From Octopus sinensis (lineage: Eukaryota): a DNA stretch of 64,000 bases. Position 1 is the stretch's first letter; each line of letters begins with the position of its first letter. Where the stretch lies: positions 83,886,001 through 83,950,000 of the forward strand of contig NC_043006.1 in NCBI RefSeq assembly GCF_006345805.1, written 5' to 3'. The notes under the pieces are model-generated. The model was not told where the DNA came from. It ran no database searches and worked only from the letters and a program-made list of their open reading frames with translations. Positions 61,008 through 64,000 of this stretch are shown here, piece by piece. Both the position numbers and the translations under genes were made by a program.

Positions 61008-62491
61008 CAGTAATGTATCATCATCATTTTTACATCTTTTATTTTGTTTTTGTTTGTTTGTTAGATGAAACTTCATGACACAGCTTTTTTTTCTTTATGG
61101 TGAAATGCTCTTCCCATTACTAATCCTTGCTTTTCTTTTCTTCTTTTAACATGAAAGTTACTTTCATTCTATTTGTTCTCAACAAGGAAATCACTGAAAT
61201 TGAAGCTATTTTTGTTCTTTGCTCACTGGAGAATGAAAACAAAACAAACACACCTTTTAACTCAGCTGGTTTTATAAAGACATATGGAAATGACATTCAC
61301 ACACACACACACACACACACTCATATACATAGAGATAATAAGCAAAAAACAAATGTTGTGTGTGACACTTTACCTTGCCCCTGTTTTTTTATTATGTTTA
61401 TATACAAGGTGGGCCGAAAGTCTTTCACTAAATAAATCCAATACATTCTGGAATTGTTAATGACAAGCTTTTGTTTTTCTGCACTTGAATAGAATAAATA
61501 AAATAATATTGAATACACATGTACATGATGAACAAAATTAATAATAATAATAATAATAATAATGATAAACCTTTCTACAATAGGCACAAGGCCTGAAATT
61601 TGGAGGAGGGGGATAGTCGATTTCATCGACCCTAGTGTGTAACTGACCTCAAAGGTTATAATGGACACAGGTTCGTGTGTAACATAGCTAGCTAGAATGA
61701 TGGCCTCTTGGAGCTAATCAACGGCAGCATTCGTCCTATATTTCTGGACTGCCATATTAGCTTGGCAATAACTGTTCATATATATATATATATATTGCAT
61801 CAATTTTTACATTCATCTTATTTCAGCCAGAGTTCTTTTGTCACACTTCTGTGACCTCATCAGTGGTCCTTTGCTTTCTTCTTTCTTATTTGTGTGTTTC
61901 TCCTTACTAACGATCAGCCATTTTCTTCATTTACAATCTTCTATCATTAATTATGTATTTAAAATTTTTCTTTCAATTCTACTTTTTTTTACTGTTTGTT
62001 TTCTTTTGATTTTCTTGTCTGGGTGTTTGTGTTTGTGTGTATGTGTGTGTATGTGTGTGTGCGTGTGTTCATTCCTTTCTAATTTTAACCTCCTCCTTCA
62101 TTATCCTCCTTCTTCATCATCATCATCATTCTGCTAGCTCTTCCAAACTATTTCATTCTTTACACTTCTCTCATATGCTCCTATCACTACCATTACAACC
62201 ACTGCAACAACAATCAGCACCACCACCACCACCATTACTACTGCTATTACTACTACCTTATCGTCCACCCACTTTCCAATTAAATAATTACATTATTTTT
62301 GAAAGTGATTCAACTTTAATGTCTTTAATTAATCAATACATTACAAACTTTCTAAAATATTTATAAAAATTAAACTCGTTTAGTGATGTACTGATAATTG
62401 TATCATCATTATCATCATCATTATTGTTAAGAAAGCAAACTGACTGATTAGTTTGAACATCGGACAAAAAAAGCTTTGCAAGTCTCTGTTC

Positions 62492-62746
62492 TTATTTCTT
62501 TATTGCCCACAAGGGGCTAAATACAGACGGGGCAAACAAGGACAGACAAACGGATTAAGTCGATTATATCAACCCCAGTGCGTAACTGGTACTTATTTAA
62601 TTGACCCCGAAAGGATGAAAGGCAAAGTTGACCTCAGCGGAATTTGAACTCAGAATGTAGCGGCAGACGAAATACCACTAAGCATTTTGCCCGGCATGCT
62701 AACGTTTCTGCCAGCTCACCACTAACGTTTCTGTCAGCTCGCCACT
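62492..62746 (-). mobile_element. SINE family B with 17-bp TSD and duplicated head segment
   Basis: TSD tttgcaagtctctgttc at 62475-91 and 62747-63. Confidence 0.9.
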
Positions 62747-63469
62747 TTTGCAAGTCTCTGTTCTGGCTCTTTACATTCTCAGATGAAATTTTTCTAAGGT
62801 TGACTGTGCCTTTTACTCTTTCACGGTCAATAAAATAAAGTCAGGTATTGGGGTCAATGTAATTGACTAAGCACCCCACCACTACTGCTGCCACCAAAAC
62901 TGCTGGCCTGGATTGTGTCAAAATTTGAAACCATTTCTGACTCTTTAATGTTCTGAGCTCAAATCTTATCAAAGTTGACTTTTACCTTCCATCCTTTTGT
63001 GCAGGGGTCAATATAACAAGTCCCAGTCAAGCACTGGGGCTGACATAACTGACTTGGCCACTTCCCTCAAAAATTTCAGGCTTTATGCATAAAGTAGAAA
63101 GAATTATTATTAATGTTAAAAGCTGGCAAAACCATTGGAACTCAGGGGAAAAAAATGCTTTGCAGTATTTGTTTCACCCCTTTACATTTTGAGTTCAGAT
63201 CTTATCCTTATTTTACTGTTTGCCCATTTTCATGTAACCCCACATAGTATTGTATCATTTTGTACAATCCTCAATCTTTTAGTAAATTCTTCGTGGTTAA
63301 TTAAGGAGCCGTTATTATTGTTGTTAAAGCAGTGAGCTGGCAGAATCATTAGCATGCTGGGCAAAATTCTTAGTGGCATTTTGTCTGGCTTTACATTTTT
63401 AGTTCAAATTCCGCCAAGGTCAACTTTACCTTTTATCCTTTTGGGTCAAAAAATTAAGCACCAGTTATA

Positions 63470-64000
63470 ATAATAATAATGAATTTAGTGTATACAGTGC
63501 TCAGGTGCACCGCAACTTGTCAAAAGTGCGTATAAAGCATATGTAGTAATGTACAAATGTCTGGGAAGTGAACAGTGTATGAGTCAGATACATGCTTGCG
63601 TGTGTATGGAGGGGAGAAAATCAGGTGTAGTGTTGGCGAATCTCAGGAAGCATGGAAGTTTTGAAGGATGCAGTGCTCTGACAACTAACAACTGATGCCA
63701 ACAGTTTGTTCCATGCTTCAGCAACTCTTAGCGTGAAAAAATGTTTCCGAAAGTCATGGGAGCTGTGCTGTTTTCTGATTTTGTAAACATGTCCACAGGT
63801 GTTAGACAGGTGGAGTTTGAAAAGGTGCTCAGAGTTATTGTTTGTAAGCCGGTTAATAATTTTATGGATGTCTGCCAAGTCAGCTGCCAGACGTTGGAGT
63901 TTCAATGTATCCATGCCCAGGGAAGTAAGGCATTCAGAATATGGCAAATGCCTGATGGAGGGTATTCTCTTGGTCGCTGAACGGTTTCTAGATGATTAAT
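63470..64000 (-). mobile_element. CR1/L2-type LINE 3' end with (TTA)n tail
   Basis: LTSLGMDTLKLQRLAADL...HDFRKHFFTLRVAEAWNKL; its 3' UTR also recurs at ~110-195. Confidence 0.85.

Noticed and set aside
45369-64000. Final SAT exon (V..WN..AI.FY...GA...EGW)
   Set aside because: No matching peptide was found by eye; it probably lies beyond the window. Exon 1 was likewise not found in 1-3302.

Overview
AT-rich animal genomic DNA dominated by SINE, LINE and DNA-transposon remnants and microsatellites; the repeat repertoire suggests an Octopus-type cephalopod genome (inference). One host gene is well supported: three + strand exons (3303-3354, 40478-40561, 45226-45368) of a SAT1/SAT2-family diamine (spermidine/spermine) N-acetyltransferase, with a 37-kb intron 2. 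Its first and last exons were not found in the window. Mobile elements include a full-length dead DD34D mariner, a DD37D maT remnant, an internally deleted piggyBac plus its MITE, Helitron/Helentron derivatives, and RTE, CR1 and L1/Tx1 fragments. The most notable finding is a set of minimal type-I hammerhead ribozyme motifs in microsatellite-anchored repeats inside the SAT intron: one with a ~100-nt extended stem II, two with the compensatory U3-A8 core, and one degenerate. They sit beside long foldback palindromes. There are also weaker candidate exons of an antisense gene interleaved with SAT, and a composite 155-bp/360-bp tandem array. All structures and alignments were read by eye; none was computed or searched.
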